The translations under genes and the position numbers were made by a program. DNA of 64,000 bases, from the NCBI RefSeq assembly GCF_009914755.1, contig NC_060936.1. One strand, written 5' to 3'. The notes beneath the pieces are model-generated. The model ran no database searches. It was not told the DNA's origin and saw only the letters and a list, made by a program, of their open reading frames with translations. The stretch is from the human T2T-CHM13v2.0 reference genome, Homo sapiens. This document shows positions 18,316 through 35,703 of the stretch, one piece after another. Positions within the stretch are counted from its first letter, which is position 1. Each line of letters opens with the position of its first letter.

Positions 18316-19395
18316 ATAGGAAACCAATTTCTCTACTAAACCTATGCTTACACATTTTCTTCATTCACTCAGCAAATATTTGTAGAGTATTTATCATGTG
18401 TCAGATATTGCTCTGGGCATCAGAGTTACAACTGAGAACAAAAGTAGACAAAGTTCTCTACCCCTAATGCAGGCTCTTAGAGAATAGATTGGATTAGGAA
18501 AAGGTGTATTTCATAAAACAAAATATTTTTCTAAAGATCGAGATTCTCACAAGCCAGAATACTAATATTTTATTAAATAGAAAAGCATGTCCCTTATTTA
18601 CCTTGGAACTTAAGCCAACTTCTGTGGTAGAAATGCAAGTCACTTGTTTTGCAACTAAGTCAATGGTCCAGTTTATTTTTCTGACTGAAACTTTTTATTC
18701 TATTTCTATTCTTTCTCTGATACATTTCCATAAAACATTTAGACGTTTTGAAAATCTAAAGAACCCATAATTTTGGTAAGTCCGTATCTCCAATTTGTCA
18801 GTAGAATTGATTTAGTTCTTCTACACAGCATTGATATTAGAACGAAATCCAGATATTTCTGGTAAAATACATTTTTAAAAATGGTATTATGGGGGAATAT
18901 TTTAATTGTCCTGTTACCATTTATAAAAAAATTGGTTTTATGGAAGAATAGGGGGCCTGAGTATTGTAAAGTATAATGGATAATAAATCTGTTTAGTGTA
19001 TAATCTCAACTGGAGAAGATATATAGAAGCAAAATGGCAATAATTCTTGGTGCTAAGCTTTTCAAAACTAAGAAAAAAAAGCTAAATAGTTTAAATGTGA
19101 AATAAGCATTAATTTTAGGATTAGTTGATCAATGTTCAAATTCTAGCCTATGACTTTGAACAATTCACTTAAAGTTCTGACACTTAGTTTTTTCATTTGC
19201 ACAATAATGAAAATGGTAATGCCTGTCCTTCCTTGAGGAGTTGATGTGAGGGAAGATCAAAAATATAATATTTGTGAATGCATTTTGTAAACCCTATGGT
19301 CCTACAGAAATTGGAAGAATCATTGTTTTTCATCTCTAATATATTTTTTGGGATAGTGTAATGAGGGCACTTTTCATTTATTCAAGAGTCATATA

Positions 19396-19870
19396 AAGAC
19401 ACATGCACACGTATGTTTATTGCAGCATTATTCACAATAGCAAAGACTTGGAACCAACCCAAATGTCCAACAATGATAGACTGGATTAAGAAAATGTGGC
19501 ACATATACACCATGGAATACTACGCAGCCATAAAAAATGATGAGTTCATGTCCTTTGTAGGGACATGGATGAAATTGGTAATCATCATTCTCAGTAAACT
19601 ATCGCAAGAACAAAAAACCAAACACCGCATATTCTCACTCATAGGTGGGAACTGAACAATGAGATCACATGGACACAGGAAGGGGAATATCACACTTTGG
19701 GGACTGTTGTGGGGTGGTGGGAGGGGGGAGGGATAGCATCGGGAGATATACCTAATGCTAGATGATGAGCTAGTGGGTGCAGCGCACCAGCATGGCACAT
19801 GTATACATATGTAACTAACCTGCACAATGTGCACATTTACCCTAAAACTTAAAGTATAATTTTAAAAAAA
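19396..19870 (+). mobile_element. Young L1 3' end (L1PA2-like, ~475 bp)
   Basis: ORF2 C-terminus, 3' UTR and poly(A); 12-bp TSD AAGAGTCATATA at 19384-19395 and 19871-19882; diagnostic-looking gagatcacatgg, gaatatcacac and ctagatg. Confidence 0.9.
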
Positions 19871-21417
19871 AAGAGTCATATATTAAATATATATTCCTTA
19901 AGTTTTATTCACTTGATCATTTCTTCTTTCTAATGTAACTCCTACTTTACAGCAAAAAAAAAAAAAATAGCAAAATGAGATCAAATTAATGCTTTGCTTT
20001 CAGACCTCTTTACTGAGGTTTAACCCTTTTTTCTATTTTGCTTTAAGATGACATCCAGGATAAGAGTCCCTGACGTTCGGGAGGACATCTCCTAACTATA
20101 TTAAGCAGTAACAGTTATTAAGATTCTCTTCACAGAATCTTTGGGATGCTTGGCTTAGCCTAAGAGTCAGCAAATTGCATTCTAATAGAATAATATTTAA
20201 GCTTCATTTCAAAATCCCAATTCCAAGAATTAAAATAAATACTCCGGAAATCCTCCATGCTCTTTCTTCTTTTCTTTTTTTCTCCTTCGTTTTTCTTTTT
20301 GTTAACAGCTATATCCCTCTTTAGAGTTCACATTTCATTTGCTTTTTCCTACTTTTAATTATGTTAGGTGAACAATAAAGGCCTTTCTTCTATAGACATA
20401 AGTTTAAAAATTAATGTAATTAAGCAGATTGCCTGTATAATATGAGAATCAATCATTTACTACAGAAAGCAACTAAACAAAAATCTTAGTAAAGCTGGAA
20501 CATTTGCTGTGAACACTTGAGGAATCTGTCAATCCACAATTTAGCAAATTGTCCATTTTCCTGAAATTTGACTTTAATGAAATTTATGTTAGTGATTCAT
20601 AATCTTGGTGGTTACAATACTTAGTTGCTCAAAACTTTTCTTAGCAATTTAATATCCTGTAAAAAGTGTAAGATAAATAAGTTACATGAGGAAAATCCTT
20701 AGGAATGTAATTTGTTTTCTATTTTATCTTTAAAAAAAATGGCAGGCCTTTATTTTTCCTGAGTGCGTCGTTAGCTCGACAAATTGTGAGGTACCTAAAG
20801 TTAGCGTTCAGTGAAGTCCTGACTCTCCTAGTGAAACTCATCTCTACCATATAGTATATTTTCTATTTTGTTCAGAGAATACAACTCCTTAAGCCAACTT
20901 TCTGAGTGTGAATCCTTGCTCTATGCCAACTGATTGAGTAATGTTATCCATCTGTAAAGTAGGATTAGTAATAATACCCACCTCTTACAGTTGCTGTAAA
21001 GCTTAAATGATTTAATAAGTGTAAAGCACTTAGGAAAAGCCTGACACAGGGTGTGTGTTATTTCCTAGTATTAGGGCCTTCAAACCCAGGCAACCAGAAC
21101 TTAGCCTTCATGGCTTTCCACCCGGGCCTGCCTCCCCAGCAGCACCCATTCTCCATTCTCCTAAGTTATAATTTGCCTGCCCTCTGTTTCATTCTTCCAG
21201 AAGTTTGATAGGCAATGGCTAACATAATCAACTGATTGACCTGGGATTATAATGACTAATGAAAGCCAACTTGGAAAAAGTGAGGCATGTGAAACCAGAG
21301 AAACCCAGATTTAAATCTCAGGTTGCAACTTATGAGCTGTATGACTTGGGGCTAAATACTTAAACTCTGTTACCTATGGTGGCTTCATCTCAAAAATTAA
21401 GATGATAATAAGGTTGC

Positions 21418-22068
21418 TGTCACCAACTGGGGATCCTGTGGATTCCATCACAGAAGCTGAACCACTCTGAGGGATGTAACACATTGATCATGGTAATTAG
21501 ATCTCGTGTGATTGTGGCAGCTGATTGGGCATCTGTCTAAGTGTACCCCTCCTGTATCTGAAGCTGTGCCTGAAGTCAGCAAGTGCTAACAGCAAGGAAG
21601 GGGAGATAGATAAGAAGTCTGGAGAACAAAGACAAACTGAGGACCATGAAGATGAGCTGGAACCCACAAGAACGTGCTGGAGCCTGCTTCTGTCTTTCAT
21701 TGGCACCTGCATCTGAGTCTCACTGCCTCTTGGCCTCCAACGTTGAAGAAATTGGTGACACTGCCATGGAGCTGTATATGAAATGGCTCAAATCTGGAGA
21801 AACTGAAGAAGTATCCAGTGGGAGCTGCAGGAGCTGTTGATCCATGCCAAGGAGGTGAGCTAGCAGATGTAGGACACGATGTGTGAGGACACAGCACCTG
21901 ACCCTCTACCAACCTTCCCAGCATACATATGGCTGCTGCATCATTTCTGCCTTCCAAACCTTGCACAAATTATGCTCTTGGCCTATCAGAATCCAAAACC
22001 ATTCAGGGAAAGGAATTCTTAAAACATCAATCCAGTTTAGCTAAATAGACACACTATGAAACCACCAC
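21418..22068 (-). mobile_element. Old ERVL-class LTR (LTR33/LTR41-like)
   Basis: Terminus ggaattc...tttagctaaatagacacactatgaaaccaccaca resembles an ERVL LTR start on the minus strand; boundaries approximate. Confidence 0.4.
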
Positions 22069-23954
22069 ACATATCTACAGATATCAAAACCTTATACCCT
22101 TTATCTTAGGTGAGCAAGAAATTAGAGTGCCTTCATGTTCTATAACTGACTTCTTCCTGCTCCTGAGCCCCACTTGCATAGTGCTGAAAGAAGGAAGGAC
22201 ATAAGCTTAACAGTTAAATGCATATTCCTTGGTTTAAACAGTTTTTGGGGATAAAATCAATCTCTTTCATGTAAATAATTAGTGTTTAAGTATTTCTTCA
22301 ACAACCCAGGACTTGTTGCCTTCACCTTTTCTTGTAGCTAAGATGACATCTGGCTATGACATCAGGTTTGTAAGATTGTGTGAAGATTGAGTATGTTATG
22401 GCCTCATATGCATAGATATATCCTGCTGGTTTCTGCCACTGAAGTCTGAGTTCATGGAAACTTGTGGCCTAGTTTTAGCATAGTTAAGGCCTGGTAGAAG
22501 GATCAACTCATGTTGGTTCTCCCAGGACTTTCCTGGCTTTGAAAGAGAAAGTCTCATACTCTCCTGATGACCTCAGTCTCACGCAGACCTGACCAAGTGG
22601 CCAACATAGGTCTTAATGTTCCTCCCCTTTCTGACTTGGCCCGGGCTCAGTTCTTGTCAGTGCTACCAATATCTAAACCTTTTCTTCTTGCTCCAACCAA
22701 TCCAATGTTTGGTGTGTCCTGAAGTCTCTATTTCAGGGTTACCTTATCCCTCCTCCATGGCAACCACTACTATCTCTCTACTCATCTAATTTCCTAAAAC
22801 CTCTTACTTGGAGGACTTAACAACTTCTGAATTCACTTTATATGGCACAAAAGCAGAGGGAAAATAGGGAGATAGGGTTGCTATTTCAAGCCCTGAGCAT
22901 TTCCAAGGTTTGAAAGTGTGAGGATGGAGGTAAAGAATACACTTTTCTAAGAATGTTCACATCGAGTTTAACCACAGAAGGGATATAGGAAGGAAAGAGG
23001 GAAATGGTACATGTGTTTGACCATTTCAGCTTCTTCTTTTCTCTTTTCTTTTCTGACATCGAGTGGGTACTGTACTTGTGTCATATTCTGAGTCCCCTCT
23101 ACCTATGGCTTATGGTAAATCTTCAGGTAAAATACACATATCAGGGTTGCTCCTGATATGTATATTTTGAAAATTAAAAAAAATAGTATTTCTTTTTTCT
23201 GTAAAACCTAGCTTTCAAGAATAATGCCTTCTTATGGACACAGGAAAGTTAACTTTGAATTTGTTCTCAGTAGAATCTGCTCTCTCTCTTTTCCTTGCAT
23301 GATAAACCACATGGTATATTATAAATGGGGAAAGTCAGATTTAAATTGAGATAGAATATTATTTAAATTTTTGCAAAATATTACGCCTGTTTGCAATTAT
23401 GTCTTTCTGCTCCTCTTTCCGTCTCCCCAGGATGTTTATAGGAGAGTCCTGTTGTTTGTGCTCTAATTTAAAAAAATAATAAAGACAAATGAATCATAAT
23501 TCTTGAATTACTTGTCTGGTAGGGAACACATTTTGAGAAGGAAGTTATTTATAATAATGTTTTTCAAATCAGAAAACATGCAAAAATGCACACTTTACAA
23601 ATATATGACTCAACCGTCTTAAAAATGTTTTACTGACTCAAGGCCAGAGTCGGACATCATCAAAAATAAGAGTTCAGGGTAAACTATTAGAATGAGAAAA
23701 AAAGTGTATTTTAGCAATCTGACTTATATGTCATTTTTCCCATTGTAAATAGTGTTCACATTTTGTAATAATTCATTAATAATTAATACATAAAAAGAAC
23801 AATTATAGGCACTTTACATATATATTGACTCATCTAATATTCCTCCCATAACCCCCTGTGCTACAGATGAACAAACTAAGGCGCGGGGAAGTGCAATGAC
23901 CTGCCCAAGGACACGCTGTTAGAGACAGCAGAACCATGAGTTGGACATCAGTGG

Positions 23955-24396
23955 TATAGTGAGTTGAATGGTGACTGGAGGCCCACATCCTAGCCCCTGG
24001 AACCTGTGACTGTGATCTTACTCGGAAAAACAGTCTTTCTGAGGTAAATTAAGGATCGTGAGAGGTATCATCTAGATTATCTGGGTGGGCTCTGATTTCA
24101 ATGATAAGTGTACTTTCAAGAGACAAAAGAAAGAAGAGTCAGAGAGGAGGAGGAGGAAGCAATGTGACCTTGGAGGCAGAGAATGGAAAGATACAGCCAC
24201 AAGCCTAAGAATGCCTGAAGTTACCAGAAACAAGAAGAGGCAAGGAAGGAATCTCCTCTAAAGCCTCCAGAGCAAGCATGGCCCTGCTAACACTTTGATT
24301 TTGACTTTTGGTCTCCAGGACTATGAGAGAATATGTTTCTGTTGTAAGTCACTCAGTTTGTGGTCATTTGCTGGGGCAACACTAGGGAAATCTATA
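23955..24396 (+). mobile_element. MLT1 (B/C-like) MaLR LTR
   Basis: tagtgagttgaatgg...ggaacctgtgactgtgatctta...ggccctgctaacactttgattttgac...cagtttgtggtcatttg. Confidence 0.75.
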
Positions 24397-24781
24397 GGTG
24401 GCCCAGCTCCATAGCCTGTGTTCTCAATCCTGAAGCTATACTGTCTCTCAAAGGAGCAGATAATCCTTAACGTTTGAAATTCATGCTACCCTTTCCCAGG
24501 ATGTTTGCTTCACCATCCTCCAAAGCTACTATTTCAAACATTCTCTCTCTTAAAATTAGTACATCTTTTTTCTCTTCTCCTTAGTCTTATTTGATGAAAT
24601 TGCTCCATATTTTATTTATAAACAAACCCCTTTGATTGTTCAATTTCCAAACTTACCAAATTGGCTCTCCACATTTTTGAATTTTTTCTTCTTATGTAGT
24701 TGAAGTATTCTCTGCTTCTATCCAAAGAAACACTTACACAGCTCTAGATCTTCTTATTTGCTGTCTCAAATTATTTACTCT

Positions 24782-25324
24782 GGTATTCATTATCTATTGC
24801 TGTGTAACAAATTACCCCAGAACTTAGCATCTTGAAATAACAGATATTTATTAGCAAAGTTTTTGTGCATCAGATATCTGGAAATGTCCCACCTGTGTCC
24901 CCTGCTTCAGAGTCTTTCACAAAGCTGCAATCAAGGTGTCAGCCAGCATTGGAGTCTCATCTGAAGACTCAACTGGGGAAGTATATGTTTCTAATTTCAC
25001 TTATGTGGCTGTTGACACAAATCAGTTTCTATACTTGTGTTGACTGTGAGACTCAGTTATTTGCTGGCTGTTATACAGAACCCATCATCAGATGCTTGCC
25101 ACATGGGACTTCCCAATATGGCAGCTTGTTTTATCAAAGCTGAAGAGAGTCTGAAAGCAAGACAGTAGTCATAGTCTTATGTAACCTAATCATGTGAGTG
25201 ACAGCCTATAATCTCTACCACATTCCATTAGAAGCAATTTGCTAGGCTAGCCAACACTCGGGGAAAGGGATGAATACTCAAGGACTATGGATCACTGGGG
25301 CCATATTAGAATCCACCTGTGACA
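24782..25324 (-). mobile_element. MLT1 (F/G-like) MaLR LTR
   Basis: tattgctgtgtaacaaattacccc..aacttagc...; boundaries approximate. Confidence 0.6.
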
Positions 25325-25386
25325 ATTCTCCAATGCCTTCTTTCTCCTACATAATCACATTCTCCATCTCTAATAGAACACACTAG

Positions 25387-25827
<441 letters not shown>

Positions 25828-28800
25828 TGAAATTTTATCCTCTTCTGGTAATAAAAAAAAGTTCTTCTATGCTGTTTTTCTAAGACTTTGTTGTTTTTTG
25901 TTTTATACATAGATATGCATACCTTTCATTTAGAACACTTTCATACTTAAAATTTTGTGTATGGTATAAAGCAGAGATTATTATATTTTTTAATATTGTT
26001 ATCAAATTGACCCAGAGTGATCTAATTTTTTAAAAAGTATCCACTCACATTGTACTGTAGACTAAACTTTGTCATTAACATGTGATTCAGTGTAGGTTAA
26101 TTAGATTCCTGTATATTGTGTAGTCTAAATAAAACTGTGAAAAACAATTAACCTTATAAGACTGATTTTACATCTTCATGGAAGGTTATATTTTCCCACA
26201 ATCTTGAAATGTGAAATTAAGTAAATCCCACTGATGAACACACAGACCACAGACACACAGTAAACGGATAGTCCACTCATGTATAGACACACATAGGTAT
26301 CAAGACATCTACACTGTCAATAATAAATTAATTTGATTAATTCATTAGACAAATAGCATTCCTTTGCTGCTTCTTTATGTAACCTATTTTTGACTTCATA
26401 AAGTTAAATTTTTGTTTATTTCTCAGTTATTGGAATTTTTTGTGTAGATGCGCTTCACTAATTTTTCTGTTGGTATTTCAATGATTTTCTTAGAGATTTA
26501 TAACATGCATGTTTATTACTCACTTTTTCACTTTGTTGTTAATTTGCAGAAGTTTTAAATTTAATGCAGGCAAACCTACTGACATTTTTCTCTATTTTCG
26601 TCAGATAGATTTTTAGAATTTTGATATGTTTTTATTATATAGAACTTATGTAGGCAAATGGAAATTGGTTAAAACTTAAATGGATTTTGTTTCCAGTATA
26701 CTATGTAGGTAATTTTCCTAACACCATTTACTGAATAACCTGTTCCTTTCCCAATTTTCGTGCTGGATTGGGACTAGATAATTTGAGAAGGCTTGGCTCA
26801 GTGTTAACTCTTGCAGTATTTGTGTGGAAGTCACCTATCTTCCCTGTCAATTTCCTCCCTCCATTCCTTCTCATTCACCCTAGGTTCTGTCCTGGATCTT
26901 GTAAGCTAGGGTATCTTCACAGTCCAAAGAGATGCTGTGTGTGTCTGTATTCTGTCTTTCCTCTTAGGTTCTCTTAATGTTTGATATACGCTTTATCTTA
27001 GCTAAACTATCTCATAGCAGAAAAATTAACTTAGAAAAATATAACATATATTATCTTTGTGCGCCAGTGCACAGTATGTTCACAAAACATATACTACCCT
27101 TTTATTATTATTTTCTCTTCCTGAAGAACAGGATTGAAAAATAGCTATAGAAACTATTCTGTTATAGCAAATGCTCAGCAGACCTAGTAAAGGACCAAAG
27201 CAGGTAAAAAGGTAATTTGCTTTTCCTGCTTTTACTTTCAATATGGCTTAAATCAATCAATTTAAAATCAAAATATCTCTGTAATAAGTATATAGACATT
27301 ATAAATAGGCACAATTTATGCAGCCATCTTCAGGAAATATGCTCTGGTGATATACAGGTATGCAAATTGAATTACACTTAGTATGACAAGATTAAAAGAG
27401 AAGCTGTTAAATGGATATGCATGAAGTAGGACCTGCCTGTAATTTTCTCTTTCCTTTTCCTTCATTCCTACCCTGTCCCTTTCTCTCACTGTTTTTTTCT
27501 TTTTTGTTTTTACTGAGCCTTAGAAATAGGAAATTGAATTAATCATAATTCTCAATTCATGATACACCGTCATTATTAGTCTATGCAAGTCACTCTATTG
27601 CTTTATTTTTTGCTTTTATTCCCACTCTTCACTGCTATTACCTTCTTTATATAGTCACCTACTCCACTTAAATTACTATGTATCCTTGAAAAACGTGCAT
27701 TGTTGTTTTATGAATGTCTCTGTTTTAAATTTATAAACATGGCATTCTGCTACAGATGTGCTTATTGTTATTTTTAACTCAACATTGTGGCTATAGACTC
27801 AGCTGTATGTAGATCATTGCTCTTGACCACTGCACAGCCCAGAGGCTAATCTACCACACTTTTTTTTTTCTCTTCTACTGGAGACGAACACCTAGGTTTC
27901 TCATAATTCCCTGGTGCCAAGACAAAGCTGCAAAGAACCTCCAGATCAACCTTTGGAAGAGGCTCCCAGGGGAGAGTTGCCGGGTCATAGGGCTGCACAT
28001 TCTTGATGTCACTAAGTGCTGCCAGATTGTTCTCCAGATTTGTGGGCTTATATTTCTTAAGTATTTTGGCAGAATTCACATTAAGTTGAAATTTTGATTT
28101 TGTGCCAACATTCAGGGGCATGTTAGAGTAACTTTATAACTGTGTGAAAAATTAAAGAAAAATATCTAATGTTTAAAGTGCTTTTATATGCAATTCTTTT
28201 TAGATTATTTAACTGAAAAACAGCATTTCTGAGCAATAGTGCATACAGTATGTAGTTTTATTCATATCTATTAATGTGGGTCAGATTTTAGGAAAATACT
28301 TTAAGTAAAATTCTACTCTCTATATCATTGGAATAAAGGTTTATATATTGTATAGCATGATTAATAGAATAATCAGACATTTTATTATGTATATTTTACA
28401 TTTACAAATGCTGTACCATGAATTATGTTTGCCCTAGAGAAGACCTGCCATTTACTAAACACTTCCTATGTGTCCAAGAAATAAGCACTATTTTATTATT
28501 CTTCACATAATATATGTGTAGTAGTCATTATTTTACTCATTCTACAGGTAAAGAAATTAGCATTCAGAAAGGTTAAGTCATTTCCCACAAAAATTTTACA
28601 GCCTGTACATATAGAAACTAGAATTCAATTCAAGGACTACATTAACTACAAAGCCTGGGTCTTTCGTCATTAACTTCAAAACAAAATGGTGTATGGCTAT
28701 AAGAAAGACAGCATGCCTTAGTGGTTAACAGCAAAGTCTTATAAGCCAGATGTCCAAGTATAAATTCCAGTTCTGCCACTAAGAACTCTGAAACCTTAGC

Positions 28801-31073
28801 ATGTCACTCAAACTCTGTATCTTACCTTCCTCATCTATAAGACAAAGATAGTGACAGTAATAATATAATAATATCTCCTTTCTCAGGTTGTTTTGTCTCC
28901 TAAATGACTAAAACATATTTAAAGCTTAGGACTGTTTGTGGGATATTTCCAGCCAGTTAATGTTTCCTATTATTTTTCCAAAGAGGACTATTCTTTTGTT
29001 CAGATATTCACTCCTCTTCCTCAAAGCCCTGTTCACCCAAGGGAAGCTGGACTCATCCCCAACTCCAGGTGTGGTCCTGGTTAGTCTGAGTCAATCAGCA
29101 TAATTCTATGCTCCTTAGTGGTGAGTAGTTCTGGAATGGCTTTAATAAGCAATTATGGCCAATGAAAATCAAGAAGATTTTTGCTGGGATTTTTCTAGAA
29201 AGGCCCTTTGCTTGCTTTTCTAGGAAGAACTACCTCCCTGACTGTTTGACATGCATGAGGAAACACAGAACCCTGACAATGACTGGCACCCATCCTTTAG
29301 CTATGAAGAAAACCAGCCTTAGAAGCCAGCCAGGATCATAGAAGTTAAGAACCTGAGTCATTGAAGACATTATTCCACCTGCAAACACAAAGCCTGCTCT
29401 ACCTCTAGACTCCAAACTATTGGTAATGCCAATAGGAGTTCAATTTTTGGTGCCGTAGGTGAAAAGTTGTGTTCATAGAAACTGACCATGAATAAATGTT
29501 ATTTTTCCTAGCTGTTAGAATTTAGAGATTAGGAGAATGAACTACTTCAACTTGAGGGGGAATTCAGGTGTCAGAGGAAATCCTGCTGAATGTCGAAATG
29601 ATAAAGACTAAAGATTTTCTAGGAAAGTTTGAACATATGACAAATATTCTTGGAAACAGAAGAGGGATTACATAAAAGGGCATTGTAAAAGAAGCAAAAC
29701 ATTGGATTAAAAAGATAAACAACTATGTCAAATATTTTTAAAAAGAAAAGAAAGACACACAGTCAGAAAGAGTGGGGATGACAACCAATCCAAAGGGCAT
29801 AAAATGTGGTGGAGGATTATGAATCGGATAGGAGAAAGGAACATGGAGCTAGAAAGTGGGCGAGGAGTACATGAGTGGAATTGATCAGCCTCTTTATTCC
29901 AGTCAGAAATTTGGTGTGCAGTTGTGGGATAACTTTGTAAATGAATACTTTAAGCATAATCTTAACTGTGAATCAAAATTGCACATAAACTTATATTTAT
30001 TAAACATTAAACAAACATTCACTGATGATTATATTGTGCATACAAACATGCATAGAAATTGGCTCTCCATAAAAATATATAATTTTAGCATTGGTAATAC
30101 CAAATAAAGATAATGCTATCACAAAACTGGTGAACAAGATTTCCAGCATATATGAAATATTGTTTTGGGGGCTTCAAAAATCCAGATGGAAGAGTGGTTT
30201 CCCTAGCTCTTCTTCAAAATTCCATTGAATGACACACTCTTCTCTCTAGGCTTGTAACGAGGAATGCATATCTACTTAATAGATGTGGTAAGACACAAAC
30301 AAAATAAAGACTCATTCTTTTCTTTTCGAGACAACACAAGTTGTGATTTGAACCAAGACAACCTGGCTTCAGAGTTTATAGTGATTCTCATTCTAGTGAT
30401 AAGTATCAAAATTGTTATAAAGGTAATAAAAACATTATTGTTCTAAGTTTCACTTATTGAAATTTATTCCAGCTCTTTGTCTGACATGAAAACAAAAATA
30501 TAAAATAATTCTAATTGCAATATTGTTTATAATGTGCAAACACTAAAATCAAACTAAATCCATTAATAATCGATTCAGTTTTATAAAGATGATGCATCTA
30601 TACAATGAATAACTAGAAAATAATTTAAATATATATTGTTGTTGATTTCATAACCTGGAAAAGCATTGAATTTATATGGTGAGGTGAAGAAAGACAAACT
30701 ACAAAACTGGGTAGATTGGACTCCATTTGTTGAAAAATTCTACAGTAGGGCTGTATATATTGAAGAATATTTCTGGAAAATTATACAACAAATATTAATG
30801 GTTGTTATCTCTCAATGGTGGATTATTTTCCACAATGAGCACGTCAATTTTATAATCAGAGAAAATATAATAAAGCAGTTACACTTCAAAAAAATGAGAG
30901 AGAGAAAGAAAGGAAGAAGAGAAAACTAACCAAGTTGGAGAATAAATAATGACTACCAAATCCACCTTGTATTGCTGAGAATTTCTTCATAGATAAGGGG
31001 TACATTTTGTAGCAGTTATTATTTTAGTAGATTTACATCTAAATTTTATTTATTGCAATGACAACATTCTTAG

Positions 31074-31399
<326 letters not shown>

Positions 31400-32134
31400 T
31401 ACTGAAAATACTAAATTCTTATCATTTGAATAATGCAATACTTTTAACTATCTTTTAAATGTAAAACTTAACAGTCAATACTACTTATCAACTGTTAAAA
31501 AGAAAGCTTCTTGATTTTTTATTGTGTCATGACTAATGGATCATTTTCTAGTTTGACTCTTCTTCCATCTCCTGTGAGTTTGGATTGACTTTAAAGAAGT
31601 TATAATGCTTCAAACTGATTGGAGGTAAGAACTAGGGAACAGAGTAATTAGATTTACAACTCCTGGTAACTGTGATTTTTAATTACATAACAGTCATTGA
31701 AAACATGAAAATCTATATTAGACATTTTCTTAATTATGGCAAACAGCATACATTTGAATGAAGTACTTTCTCTTTAACATAAAATTATACAGAGAAATTA
31801 CATTAAACTAAAACAGAGAAACATATTTTTAAACAGTCATTACAAATAGCAAAATACGAGAATTTTTTCTAGAAATTCTCTAAGCCTTCCCATTTACACA
31901 AGTTTAACTATATTTTGAGAGACTCTAGTGCACTCAATACTCTAAGTGCTACCTTGCTTTTGGGTTGAGAGTGGGAGGACATATGGCTCTTCACAGGAAG
32001 TGATGGGTATTTGCTTTACATTAATAAATAATAGGATACTCTGAGTTCTACTGTAACATATAATCATTTTATACTAATTGTAAATGGTAATTGAAGCATT
32101 CAAAACATAGTATAGACATTTTATTTATTCTTTC

Positions 32135-35703
<3,569 letters not shown>

